A model generated the notes under the pieces. The model ran no database searches. It worked only from the letters and a program-made list of their open reading frames with translations, and was not told where the DNA came from. From Antedon mediterranea (lineage: Eukaryota; Animalia; Echinodermata), in contig NC_092674.1 in NCBI RefSeq assembly GCF_964355755.1, positions 26,784,001-26,848,000 on the forward strand: a DNA stretch of 64,000 nucleotides, given 5' to 3'. Below are positions 32,601 to 45,384 of the stretch, piece after piece. Both the position numbers and the translations under genes were made by a program. The first letter of the stretch is position 1; each line of letters starts with the position of its first letter.

Positions 32601-35600
32601 TAAATGAATGTGAATCTGACCCGTGTGGACACGCCGTAGAGTGTGTGAATGAAGTAAACAAATTTCGCTGTATTTGTTTGGATGGGTATGCGGGCGCTAC
32701 TTGCACGGAAGGTACCGTATATAGATATTCTTCAAAAAGCTATTTTTTGGGGGGGAAATGATGTGTTATAAACGGAAAATCAAGTCACTCTATCGAATAG
32801 ATTTTATTTCATTTGTCTGTGAATTAATCTTATTATCAATAGTTGAATTTTTCTTTTGTACCGATTGATAAATAAAAAAACTTTTCTTTCAGATATTGAC
32901 GAATGTGAACATCACCAATGCGAAAACGGTGGAGTATGTCATGACGTCATCAGCGGTTATACTTGTGAATGTGTTAACGGATACCGTGGGGACAGATGTG
33001 ATATAGGTATTATTCTATAATTTAGAATGTGACGTTACATCGGGGAGTTAACTCCCTGGTTGCATTATGTGTATATTTTCACGTTGTCTGTTTTTACAGC
33101 TTTCTCTATAATCTATTTTCAGAACCAGAAGCTCCGTCCTGTGCAGCAGAACAAGATACCATTGAGGGAAGTTTCATTACGTGGGAGGCTACAGAACCAG
33201 ATGAGCAAGATGTCCAGGATTGTCCAGAGGGAACGGACGGTAATAGAATCAATTCAATAAACACAAAAGAAATACCATACGATATAAACAAAATGCTGCA
33301 AAAGTGTACAGACTATACAGAAGGAAATGGCTCACACATTTCTTATTTTATTTTATTTTATTCAATCGAAACCAACAGCGATAATTACCGCCACTAACAG
33401 GTTTGATACAAACAAAGCCAGGACTGTTTAAAGCACCTTGATTGGTCCTAACATTGATCAAGGGCTTCTCTCGTCCAGTGCGCACCTTGACCAATAAACA
33501 ATAAACAAAAATAAATAAATAAACAATAAAACAATAAAAACAATAGGTAGCAGTCCGAATAAGTCAACCCTTGAATAAAGTTTGTTTTTGCGTACAACGC
33601 GTTGGTTTCTATAGCTGAAGTTGTTACTGTAGACTGAAGTCGTTACTGTAGTACTGCAGTATTGACTGTAGTACTGCAGTATTACTTTAGTACTGAAGTT
33701 GTTACTGTAGTACTACAGTTGTTACTGTAGTACTGCAGTCATAAGATATAAACTATAGGTCCAACCTTTTACTATTTTAAGTCTAATTTGTAACGTCACT
33801 TTGTCTTTATATTTGATAATTGTGCAGGTCAGGCAAGACGCAAATGTGTGGTAGTTTCTGAGAGCCCGTTAGAAGTTATCTGGGGAGACCCGGATTTATC
33901 AGAGTGCGTTAGTCCACAGTTCGAAGAAGTCAGCAAACTGGTAATTATAATATAAACGACTAAAACGTATATAAACTCGACAATTATTTATTTTCACATC
34001 GACATCAACACGCGTAATCTACCGTATCAATCTTTAAGTGTAAAACCGAAGCTTGGTTCCTACTAGAACGCAACGAAATGAGGTAAGCGCAACGCAATTA
34101 ATTCGACCAATTCTGACGTGATTAATGGATGATCCATCGAGTCGTCATTGGTCAATTTATTTGCGTTGCACTTACGTTTTTGCGTTGCATCATATAGGAA
34201 ACAAAGCTTCAGAATGTAAAAGCTAAACCTTCATTATGTAACATTTATGAACAACAGTTTTACCTTGACGTGAAATATTGTTAATGTAGCCTCTAATAAT
34301 CAACTAGAATTAGGCCTAAATTAAATTAAATTAATTTTTAGGTGGAAGAACTAGAGGAATCGCCTTCAGAAGACGGAATTATAGAAGTTCTGAGTGTTTT
34401 ACAAAATATTACAAATACAGACTCCGGATCTGAGTTGTTCCCCGCCGATCTGGACATTGCCACTGACACAATTGCTGCTATTGTTGACGCTACAGAGACA
34501 ACTGATATCGATGATGTTGAAAGTTTGGTACAGGTGATATATCTGTTTAACTTGTGTCGTGCGCAGCATTTTCTCTAATCGTTTAAAGGCTTGATTGTCA
34601 CTTACTTCCATGCTATTGTACCTTTTTATCTTTTCTTTTTGCTAGATTTTCATCTAATCGCAGGTTTTTTGTCCTCTAATCGCAGGTGTTTTGTCCTCTA
34701 ATCGCAGGTGTTTTTTCCTCTATTCGTGTTTTGTCGTTTTTTTTCTATTCCTAGAGACCTCCCGAAAACTTGTGTCTCACTAGGACGTAACGCAAGGACG
34801 TAAGTGCAACGCAACCGAATTGACCAATGACAAGCAACAGTTCGGATAGTCCATCGCTAGTGATTGGTCAAGTTACTTACGTTGCGCTCACGTCCTTGCT
34901 TTGCGTCCTAGTGGGAACCAAGCTTAACATCCATTCATTAATTTTTAACGTGTTTTCTTTTCAGTTATTCAGTGAGAGTGTCGATAATATTGTTGATCCC
35001 ACTACAACATCTGCTTGGAAGAACAGTAACAATCCGGTAAATACTAGTCTCTTCTGAGAAAGCAGTAAACAAATAAAGAACCATGCACCAGCCTAAAACG
35101 TCATTTCTAGACCCAGGGTTTAGGAGTTTATAAATAATGTATTTTTCTATGTTATTTTGATTATAGGACAAAGCAGCACAAACGGCAACATCTATCCTGC
35201 ACTCCACCGAGACAATGGCGGAAGCAATAGCTAAGATACAAAAGGACAACGGTGATAATTCGGAGACTGTTATAAAACTAGACAATTTCGGTAATAACTT
35301 TGTAGGCTGCTCATACGTCGGATGACTCTAAGAAAGCTTCATATACAATAAAATAAATTCTCGTTTTCAAATTCTGTTTTCCAAGTTTCTTTTCCACACT
35401 CTCATGTGAATTCGTGTTCAGTCAAATTACAAAATGAATTTATCTACGATAGAGAGCGTTATATTTGCGACGACCGACAACCTAACTACGTCTTGTAAAT
35501 TAATTTGTGCGCAGCGTAGCATATTCAGAGCTCCCCATTGATTTGATTCAATTAATTAACAGACAAATTGTTTAATGGTACATACAAACCTATATTTTTT

Positions 35601-38600
35601 TTATAAATTATTGTATATTTATTAAAATTTTTAATTGTCTTAACAGATCTCAGTATTAAATTATTTGATAACTCGACTGGAGGCAACGGTTACTTTTCAT
35701 TTGGTGATGGTGACGGCAATGATACATTGGCTAGTACCAGTAGCATCACTCTACCAAAATCTGTTTTTGATGTTGATACAGAAAATGAGCCAGGTATATT
35801 AAATTCATTGGTGTAATGGCAGCTTTTTGACTCGAAAAATAAAAAGAATATATTTTGCTGTATACTTACTTGAATAAACCAATATAGCCTAAATGAAATA
35901 TTCCTTTCAATTGACGAACATCATTTTTGGTTATATTTTTATGAATTGTTAAGGAAATCGATATACTACCTGCTGATGTGTAGGCCTAGACTAAATCCAA
36001 GTCAAAAGGTTTTAGTCTTAACGATTATATGGCAAAGTCTTATATAAGTCAAAGATGCTCTCCAGGTGGAATGCCATCCTGAGATGAGTAGAAGTAATTA
36101 GTACAGTTTTGTTTATTTTTATTCATTTTTTAAATATTTTACTTTTTATGGACCAGAGATTCCGAAATAAAATAATGAATGAATGAATGAATATTGTTTA
36201 AAATTGTGAAATTTTTTACAGATTTTGTTGGGATCTACTCAGCTAGATTTAAAACAATTGGAAGTTTACTGAACGCATCGTCATCGGGAACAGAGGATCA
36301 GGACCAGTGAGTGTTATGTAGTTAAATCTACCAAAAGATTGACTGCATTTAAAGCTCTGTCTACACTATCAAACTAGTTTAACAAAAAAAAAGTTTGATG
36401 TGCCCAAATATGCTAGTGATATGCCCAAATATAGTAGTGATTCGACATTATCATGTCCATATATGGGCATATTGCATTTTTGTTGTCACATAAGTTTGAT
36501 AGTGTAGACAGAGCTTAAGTAAAAACTCCATTTTAACTTCCTTTTCATTTTACCTTATAATATGTTGGGAAATATAGGCTACCTGTAACAATAAGACCAT
36601 TTTTGGAAATGAATAAAGCTCTGTCTACACTATCAAACTATTTTGACCAAAAAAAAGTGTGATGTGCCTAAATATGCTAGTGATATGCCCATAAGTATAG
36701 TAGTGGTACGACATCATCATGTCCATATATGGGCATATTACATTTTTGTTGTCACATAAGTTTGATAGTGTAGACAGAGCTTAAGTAAAAACTCCATTTT
36801 AACTTCCTTTTCATTTTACCTTATAATATGTTGGGAAATATAGGCCACCTGTAGCAATAAGAACATTTTTGGAAATGAATAAAGCTCTGTCTACACTATC
36901 AAACTATTTTGAAAAAAAAGAAGTGTGATGTGCCTAAATATGCTAGTGCATGTCCATATATGGGCATATTACATTTTTGTTGTCACATAAAGTTTATAGT
37001 GTTTCAAGTTTCAAATTGGTTTGAACATTTTGTTTGGTATAGATATGTAAACGGAGACATTGTGTCTGCAAAAGTTCTTGGATACCAAGATGTAAAATTT
37101 GAAAACTTGTCAGATCCTGTAATTATTGTGATTCAACATCATGAGGTAAATATGCTTTTTAAGTTTATTTTAATTCATTTAGTAGTGACTTATTTGATAT
37201 TATTAGTTACTAAAATCTACCAAATCAAACATACGTTTTAAGAATTAATTAATAAACTATTTCAGCATTACTCGTTCCAAAGATGGTTGTAGCATCGGTT
37301 TTTAAAATTATTATTTTAGGATGCAAGTAATGAAATAACGTGTGTGTTTTTAAACGAAGATTCCACGTAAGTCATTTACATTTAATTTACGTTTATGACA
37401 TGTCCGTAAACAATTGCATATGTTGCGCCTAAGTTTATTCGTTGCGCCTACGTTTATTCGTTGTGCCTAGGTTTATTCGTTGCTGCCTAGGTTTATTCGT
37501 TGCTGCCTAGGTTTATTCGTTGCTGCCTAGGTTTATTCGTTGCTGCCTAGGTTTATTCGTTGCTGCCTAGGTTTATTCGTTGCTGCCTAGGTTTATTCGT
37601 TGTGCCTCCTAGGTTTATTCGTTGCTGCCTAAGGTTTATTCGTTGCTGCCTAGGTTTATTCGTTGCTGCCTAGGTTTATTCGTTGCGCCTACGTTTATTC
37701 GTTGCTGCCTAGGTTTATTCGTTGCTGCCTAGGTTTATTCGTTGCTGCCTAGGTTTATTCGTTGCTGCCTAGGTTTATTCGTTGCTGCCTAGGTTTATTC
37801 GTTGCTGCCTAGGTTTATTCGTTGCTGCCTAGGTTTATTCGTTGCTGCCTAGGTTTATTCGTTGCTGCCTAGGTTTATTCGTTGCTGCCTAGGTTTATTC
37901 GTTGCTGCCTGTACCAATTAAGTTTGCTTACGTTTGCGTCGTACTTTATTATTTTTATTCAATAATGACGTCTAGGCTCTTTCACATAGGGATGCCGCAA
38001 CTCAATGGGACACCACAGGTTGTGTCAAAGTCAAATCAAACTCAACACACACAGAATGTGCCTGCAATCATCTTACAAATTTCGCTGTTCTAATGGACGT
38101 TCATGGAATTCAGGTAATCAAAGTTTTATAAGAAATGAAACCATTTAACGCAATCCCGTTTATGTATTATAAGAAATCAAACAATGTAACGCAATTTCGT
38201 TTCTGTATTGTAATAAATCAAACCATGTAACGCAATTCCGTTTATGGGCCAACTCAGACAGCGTCGTACGACGAGGCTCGGAAGAACATTACACATTTCT
38301 CACGACCTAAAATCTACGCCCGACGCTATCTCAAGACGAATCCTCTCGTTGGAATTCAAATTACCGACGAGTCGTACCGTCGGGCCTCGTCGTACGCTGT
38401 CGGAGTTGGCCTTTATGCGTGGTTCCCACTAGCGACGCAACACAAGGACGTAACGCAACGCAAGTGAATTGACCAATCACAAGCGATGGCTTATTCGCTT
38501 GTGATTGCTAACTGTCTATAACTTCGCTTGTCATTGGTTAAAACGCTTGCGTTGCGTTTACGTCATTGCGTTACGTTCTAGTGGGAACCAAACTTACGCA

Positions 38601-41600
38601 AGCAAGCAATTTCGTTTGTGTATTGTAAGAAATCATATCGTGTAACGCAATTCCGTTTGTGTATTCTAAGAAATCATACCATGTACCGCATTTTCGTTGG
38701 TATATTTTAAGAAATCACAAATGTAACGCATTTTGTGTTTGACCCTATAGCAAGAGTTAGATGACGCACATAACGTAGCCTTATCTGTACTGTCATACAT
38801 CGGTGGCACGCTGTCAATCATAGGCTGTATACTATCAATCTTCATTTTCGAGTTCTTCAAGTAAGTTTCATACTTAAATTTAAATAAATTACCTGCTGTA
38901 TTCCCTCATTATCGTTTTACTTATATCCTAGTACTCGTGGCCATTCTCATGAAATGTCTCAAGTCTTGTGCTTTATTATACAACTTCATACAGAGAGTTT
39001 TAGCATCAAACATTTCCTCTATCCATTTTTTTCTTCCTCTCTGTCATTTACTTTCAATGTTCCTAACATTTTTTTACATTTTCTCCAGAATGTTTCCATT
39101 CCGTCTTGACAAAATGTACAGTGAAAAATTTATTATTAGATTAATGTTAATAATTATCATAAACGAATAAAGAAAGATTAAGCTTAGGCCAAATCTTAAA
39201 ATAATCTTTCCTTTAATCTGATTAGGCTTAAGTCGGACCGTATTCGAGTTCACGAGAACTTGGCTGGTGCCATGGCTGCCAGTCTTTTCGTTTTTCTGGT
39301 AGGAATTGACAGAACAGAGAATAAAGTAAGTGTTTTATTATCTTATGATTAATCCATATATTTCTTTATGTAAAACTCTTTTGAAAACCAACTTGAATGT
39401 TGTGACTTATATTTATGTGGATGTTGGTTGATGGAATTCATACCTTGCCTTGGTATTTGGAACGTTTAGCCACATCTCCTTATGTCCAAACACTTGGCAC
39501 ACTTGGAATAGGCCATCTTGCACATCTCTAAGAATCTCGTGGCGATCTTTGAATAGGCCTGCCAAAGTAACTTGTGCTATCTTCAGATGTCAACTTTTAA
39601 GCCAAAAAATTCGTTCATTTCCCTTGACTGCTTCTATCATTTCGTTAAGAAATGCAATTTTTTAACATAACATTTTCTTCTTCTCCATGATTCATAGTAT
39701 GTGTGCAAAACTTTTGCAATTCTACTACACTACCTGCTGACAGCTATGTTTATGTGGATGTTGGTTGAGGGAATTCATCTGTACCTTGCTCTGGTTAAAG
39801 TATTTGGAACTTCTAGTCACATCAAGAAGTATTTAGTCCTTGGATGGGGTATGTATTTTCGTAATTCATGTAAAAACGTTAAGCAGTGGTATTAGCAATA
39901 TTCCAATAACGTGTTAAAAATCCAAGATACTGCGTGCTGGCGAAGGCTACACTGGTTGACTGTGAACATTGTCACAACACTGATTCTGAACAATCAATTC
40001 ACAACTGAATATGGAAGATGATAGAGAGGATTTCAGTCGGTTTGAGTTTTGCAAAGTAAACATTTGGTATATTTATATACCTCCAATACGGTACTTTTAG
40101 TATAATCAGTTAATTAGCATACTCTCCCAAAAAGTAACGAAGTTAGAAATGGAAATTTCATTTTAACAGAACCTATTTCCTTCCGTTTTTTAAACTCTAA
40201 AAAATCGTGATTTAGGCCTAATTTATTTTCTTTTGTTTGTCTAAAGGTGTTCCATTGGTTGTGATTGGCATATCAGTTGGTGTATTCTTTGACAAATATG
40301 GATCAGATAATGTGTAAGTTTTGTGTTTGTTTTGTTTTTAAAAACAGAATTAAAGAATTAAAACTATTGTGTTTATATAATTATGTCCGATCACTGAAAC
40401 AGTTCTTTTTATTGTACCATTTGAATTATTTTAAATGTATGCTTGTCATTTTTTGGAGTGTTTAAAATAAATGTGAATGAAGATGTTATTGTTATTGGAA
40501 TTGCATAGAGAGTAGTAATACTTACCGATAGTTTTATTTTTTCTTCAGGTGCTGGTTGTCAACTGAAATGCTTCTCATCGTCTTCGTCCCAACCGTTGCC
40601 ATTGTCGTCATTGTAAGTCGTTGGTTTCAGTCTTCGATTCCTTAAGACAATTCTTACACCTATATATTAACATTGGGCACTTTCGATTTTTGACAACCTA
40701 GAAACGATGTGCGCATGCGTAGACACTGGGATGTGCCTTTTCCACACAGTGTTGGTGGATTCTAGAGGCTCGTTCAGGCTTAGTTTTTTACCCGGTAACT
40801 TGGTTCCTACGCACCAAACCGATAACTGTGCCACAGAAACCAAATTACCCGGTCTGAACAGACCCTAGATATAGGGTGTTGTGCAAGTCCTATAGAACGT
40901 GGCAAATCGAAAGACCATTTAATGTTTAATGTTACATGTTTTCTTCCACAGCTGAATTCAGCTGTTTTGGTCATTGTTGTCCGAGTGATGTTACACTCAC
41001 TTTCTGCTAAAGACAAGATCAAAGGCGGCAACTGTCAAGATCAGGAAACATCAGCAATCAAGTAAGTTATTGTTGACGTCATCAAATAATATTCGTATTA
41101 TAATATATAATAATAATATTTCTTCAAACTCTGCAGAATTATATAATCTCTACGATGACGTGAACTCCGCATCTGAAGCCTGGAGAAAGTAAAAGGGTTT
41201 ACTTTGGAATTATTAACGATGGTTTTTATTTTTATATTTAGAACCAGCTTGAAGGCAGCTCTTGTTTTGCTACCACTGCTCGGACTGACATGGGTGTTTG
41301 GATTCTTGTCTGTCAACGAATATACTATCATATTCACCTACTTGTTCGCTATATGTAACTCACTGCAAGGAGTCATCTTCTTCTTGTTCCACTGTCTCAT
41401 GAATGTTGAAGTAATTACGTTTTTTTATCATTAAGCTTGGTTCCCACTAAGACACAACGCAAAGGACGTAGACACAACGCAAGCAAGTTGACCAATAGCA
41501 AGCGACAGTTCGAATAATACATTGCTTGTGATTGGTAAAATCCTTTACGTTGATGTCTTGCGTCTCTTGTGAGAACAAAGCCTTAGTATACACATTCGTT

Positions 41601-43602
41601 ATTATCATCCATCATTAAAGTGCCATATAGACCATACCGTACCTTATAAAGATTTATGCATTATGATTTAAGCTGTCTACACTATCAAACTGTATGTGAC
41701 ATCACAAATGTGATATGCCCATTTATGGACACGATTATGTCATAACCCTACCATATTTGGGCAAATCACACTTTTTTGTCAAACTGGTTTGATAGTGATT
41801 GTCCTCTTTAGTCAAGCACTGTTCTCCAAAAGACCCCAGTAGCATACTCAATGCGCTTGAGACAGTAGCTGTGTGAACTAGTATTCTCATATGTATCGAA
41901 AGATGTACTAGGTTATTTTTGTGTACACTGTACCTACGGTTTATCTTCAGTATCTGAGAAAACTCGTTCTACCACCAGGCTACCCTTAAGCGAGCCTCGA
42001 ACCCTTGGGCCTACCGATATTATGGCTTTGTTCAGGAATTGAATATTTTAGGAGACATGCAACGTGTGTCTTTTGTGCGTCATAGTTCTCAGTATCAGTG
42101 TCTCACCGTCCAAACTTCATTTTGCCTCCATTTACCTGTAATAATAATCGGTACATTTTGTCTACAGGTTAAGAAGGCTTATCAACGGCGCTACCGCAAG
42201 GCAATGGCTGCCACAAGTAGCATGAGCACGACAACAACGTCACGAGTTCACCAAAGCAAGCGCCGTCCTTCTGCGGGAACAGATCTTACAAAACGACGAA
42301 CCTCAATCTCAAGCCAAGAATCGGTTAGTATTTAGTTATAGTTCTTGAAATGAGGCATAGTTTGTGCCGTGGTGTATGGTAAAGTATTTTCTACTGCATA
42401 CAAGAAAAAGAATTCAGAGAGGCATATTTGTTGTTAACAGATACGGTCAACACATAATTCAGGGTACACGACTAACTTCCGTATACTTCTATCACGGCTA
42501 CAGTATATACCGGCTGATTTTTGTTAATAATGATAATGGTTGTATTGCAACTAATAAGTACGTTAATAAATTCATTATTGAACGTGATTACCATTTTTTC
42601 AGTACGCTTATGATAATCCCGTTGCCGATACTGGTTTCGATGGTGGGAAATCAGTGAAACGTAACAATGAAGAGAATGAATTGAAAAATAAAGCACTGGT
42701 AAGTAATGATTATTATCTTTTTTAATCAATGATCTACACTCATTTCTTCTTTTGTTAAGCGTGGTTCCCACTAGAACGTACCGCAACGTAACGCAGCAAC
42801 GTATCGACGCAAAGTGCTGTATTTCGTAATCACAAGTGGGCGGGGGCAAACACAATTATTGGAAGGGCATTTTCTTACGTTGCGTCGTTTACGTTACGTT
42901 ACGTCGCCAGTGGGAACCAAGCTTTAAACTCTGTCTACACTATCAAACTAGCTTGACAAAAACAGTGTGATGTGCCCAAATATGGTAGTGATATGAATTC
43001 ATATCCATTATAATACATCACATGTTTTTGTCACATAAAGTTTGATTGTGTAGACAGAGCTTTAATGTATGTTTGGATTCATCTTGCATGTTACCACTGC
43101 CCACCCAATAACACCAATGATTCTCTTTATACATTCCTTTCACACTGGCGTTTACACACACACCATACAAAACACCCTTGTGTGTGTAAACTCTTGAGGT
43201 TTTGCTGGGCCATGTGAAAGAGGTACATTCAACTACTATTATTTATCTTTTCAGAAATCTACCCCTGTTAAAATGAATGACATTAAAGTGGGGCTGACAA
43301 CAGGAACGTAAGTAGGTTAGCGCGATTAGTTCATACCGTTTGCTAAACGCATGTTGCTGCTTTTTACTTCTTTGCTTTTTGTATCCCTTTTGCCATCCAT
43401 AACCTTCATCAAATATAGGCCTACCTTCTCTATTGTGTTCGTAACATACGAGTTGGAGTTCTTGCGATTTTGCTGCTTACCGATCCTGTTTTTTCTTTTT
43501 AAATTCATCCACTCCCAAAGATTCGAGACTTGGCTCGCATCTTATTGTGTGTGTTTATCTTGTGATCTATAATAGTGGATCGTGTCCTCCTTCATCCTTG
43601 GC

Positions 43603-43633
<31 letters not shown>

Positions 43634-44064
43634 ATGAGTTAGTCCACTTTTAAGAATAAGGACCATAAATTTGAAGCGCGCAGTGGTGACTTTGTCGGTG
43701 TTAAAAAATGTTGTGAGCTTTGAGCATGAATTAAATTACGCATGATTATTTAATAATGATAAATGTAAATAAAAAATTCATATTTTTAATACAATTTCGT
43801 TTCCATGAAATTTATGTTATTTTTCTACTACTTATATGTTTGAATATTAATATACAACACTATTCACGATCACCGAGTTTAATGCCATCCTGCGACCTCC
43901 TAAAAGTTCGGCGCCCCGAGAGGTAATAGTAAAAATTGTATTTTTTCGTCTTTAGAGATCCGCAAGATAAGGAGAAAGGAATGGTAGAAGAGGCCAGAGT
44001 TGCCATGGAAACTATACTTGAGAAGAAAAACAACGCTAATACAATTAGTGGCAATATGGCATAA
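29635..44064 (+). CDS. Adhesion G protein-coupled receptor (signal peptide, 2 CUB, 3 EGF, HormR, GAIN/GPS, secretin-type 7TM), about 1131 aa
   Basis: 28 GT-AG exons in phase: 29635-29698, 30409-30602, 30958-31102, 31471-31661, 32204-32351, 32481-32711, 32893-33006, 33123-33239, 33828-33940, 34342-34533, 34965-35036, 35167-35290, 35647-35793, 36222-36306, 37043-37145, 37320-37366, 37990-38113, 38751-38860, 39226-39325, 39698-39848, 40247-40313, 40549-40612, 40952-41061, 41242-41410, 42168-42323, 42603-42698, 43255-43307, 43956-44064 (3396 nt). [17 protein letters not shown]|TNFAVLM; 7TM motifs [55 protein letters not shown]. The cytoplasmic-tail exons are less certain. Confidence 0.9.
36353..37001. 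mobile_element. Tandem array of 2.5 units (about 265 bp each) of MITE A plus about 100 bp of flank
   Basis: 36353-36616 is repeated at 36617-36882 with near identity, and a third partial MITE copy follows. Confidence 0.85.
37420..37910. repeat. 20-bp minisatellite GTTGCTGCCTAGGTTTATTC, about 24 copies
   Basis: Directly visible array in the intron that splits the GPS-coding region. Confidence 0.95.
38246..38412. mobile_element. Small TIR element (GGCCAACTC.GACAGCGT..ACGACGAGG) adjacent to a MITE B copy, both inside a minisatellite of about 41 bp
   Basis: Long imperfect inverted ends. The flanking array AAGAAATCAAACCATGTAACGCAATTCCGTTT.TGTATT.T spans about 38128-38740. Confidence 0.65.
39368..39476 (+). 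pseudogene. Degenerate partial duplicate of the adhesion GPCR TM3 exon within the preceding intron
   Basis: TTTATGTGGATGTTGGTTGATGGAATTCATACCTTGCCTTGGTATTTGGAAC..CACATC closely copies 39748-39823 of the real exon, with frame-breaking deletions. Confidence 0.8.
41803..42030 (-). mobile_element. Degenerate copy of the Deu/Nin-like SINE
   Basis: The reverse complement matches GGGTTCGAGGCTC, GGTAGAACGAG, ATAAACCGTAGG.CAGTGTACAC and AACCTAG.ACATCTTTCGA of 61895-62207. Confidence 0.7.
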
Positions 44065-45384
44065 TAAAATAATTAATCTAGTCACGTTGTCATCTTTTAA
44101 ATCCAGTATATAATGTATAGATTTAGGTTAATTCGATATAGCAACTGATTATTATTATTCAAATTTATGGATTTGTAGGCTAGTATGTCAATAGACACAT
44201 TAATATTTCGTCTTCTGTACATTTAGAATTCAAATATTATATTTATCTATAAATAAAATAATTTATTACAAGATAGTATATTTATATAATAGTGTCGATA
44301 CAGTAATTATTGAACTATACTAAATAGTATAGGCCTATTACACATAGTGAATGAATGCAGAATATAGTAATATAAATGCAATAATATAATGATACAGTAT
44401 TTATAATTTGATGGTAGGCAGGGGGGGGGGGTGAATGCGGTTGGATAAATGCTTGCGTTGTGTTTGTAATATGTGGTTCCCACTACAGACGCAACGTAAC
44501 GCAACGACGTATTGACGCAAAGTGCTGTATTGCGAAATCAAAGGTGAGAACCGACGACGCAACAATGCTGCAAAAATCGCAGGTTTGATATCACATAGGC
44601 GGGCCCGGGAAAAAACTATTATTGGAAGGGTATTCTATTACGTTACATAGGTTGCGTTTACGTCGCTAGTGGGAACAAAGCTTTAAAGATAAGAAGGAAA
44701 GTTCCAACATTGGTTGATCAGTTGCAATGACGGATGATGATTTAAAAATGATTGTTCACTTTATCAAAAAATGTTATTTAATCTTTTCACATTTCACAAA
44801 ATTATGAATCTATCAAGTAAGCCACGTCATGGATTTCGTCTTGTATAATTGTTTAGTGAGTTGAAAAGATATGTTTAATGTTATAACGATAGTATTATAT
44901 TATACATAAAATAAGTTCTGTCAAATACATCGGCCCTTTGTAGTCATTATAGAGTGTCAATGCTTAAAACAAATAAAAAACTCCTCTTAGCAAGAAATTA
45001 AAATAATATTGTATACACTTTTGATTGTGAGACGTTTCATTGACAACCAATATGTAATTAATGTTCTTATTATTTATTATAGATACTAGGTTTATGGAAT
45101 AATTATTATTGAAAAAAATATCGATAACATGCCTAGGCCCAGGGTTATTATGTGTTCTGTTTTTAATATGCATTTAGAATTACGGTACCCAATAGTTTCA
45201 CGCTGGTAGTGAGTGTATTGATTGTTTTACAATAAATTAATAACGTAAATAAATTAATTACAGTAGGAAAAATATGTGTTTCTTTACATTTTCGTTGTAC
45301 TTGACACGGCGTGTACTTTAACTGTTGTGAAAGAAAAGTTTGGCATATTTCAACGCTGGTGGCGTTCTTTAACAAGAAAACAAG

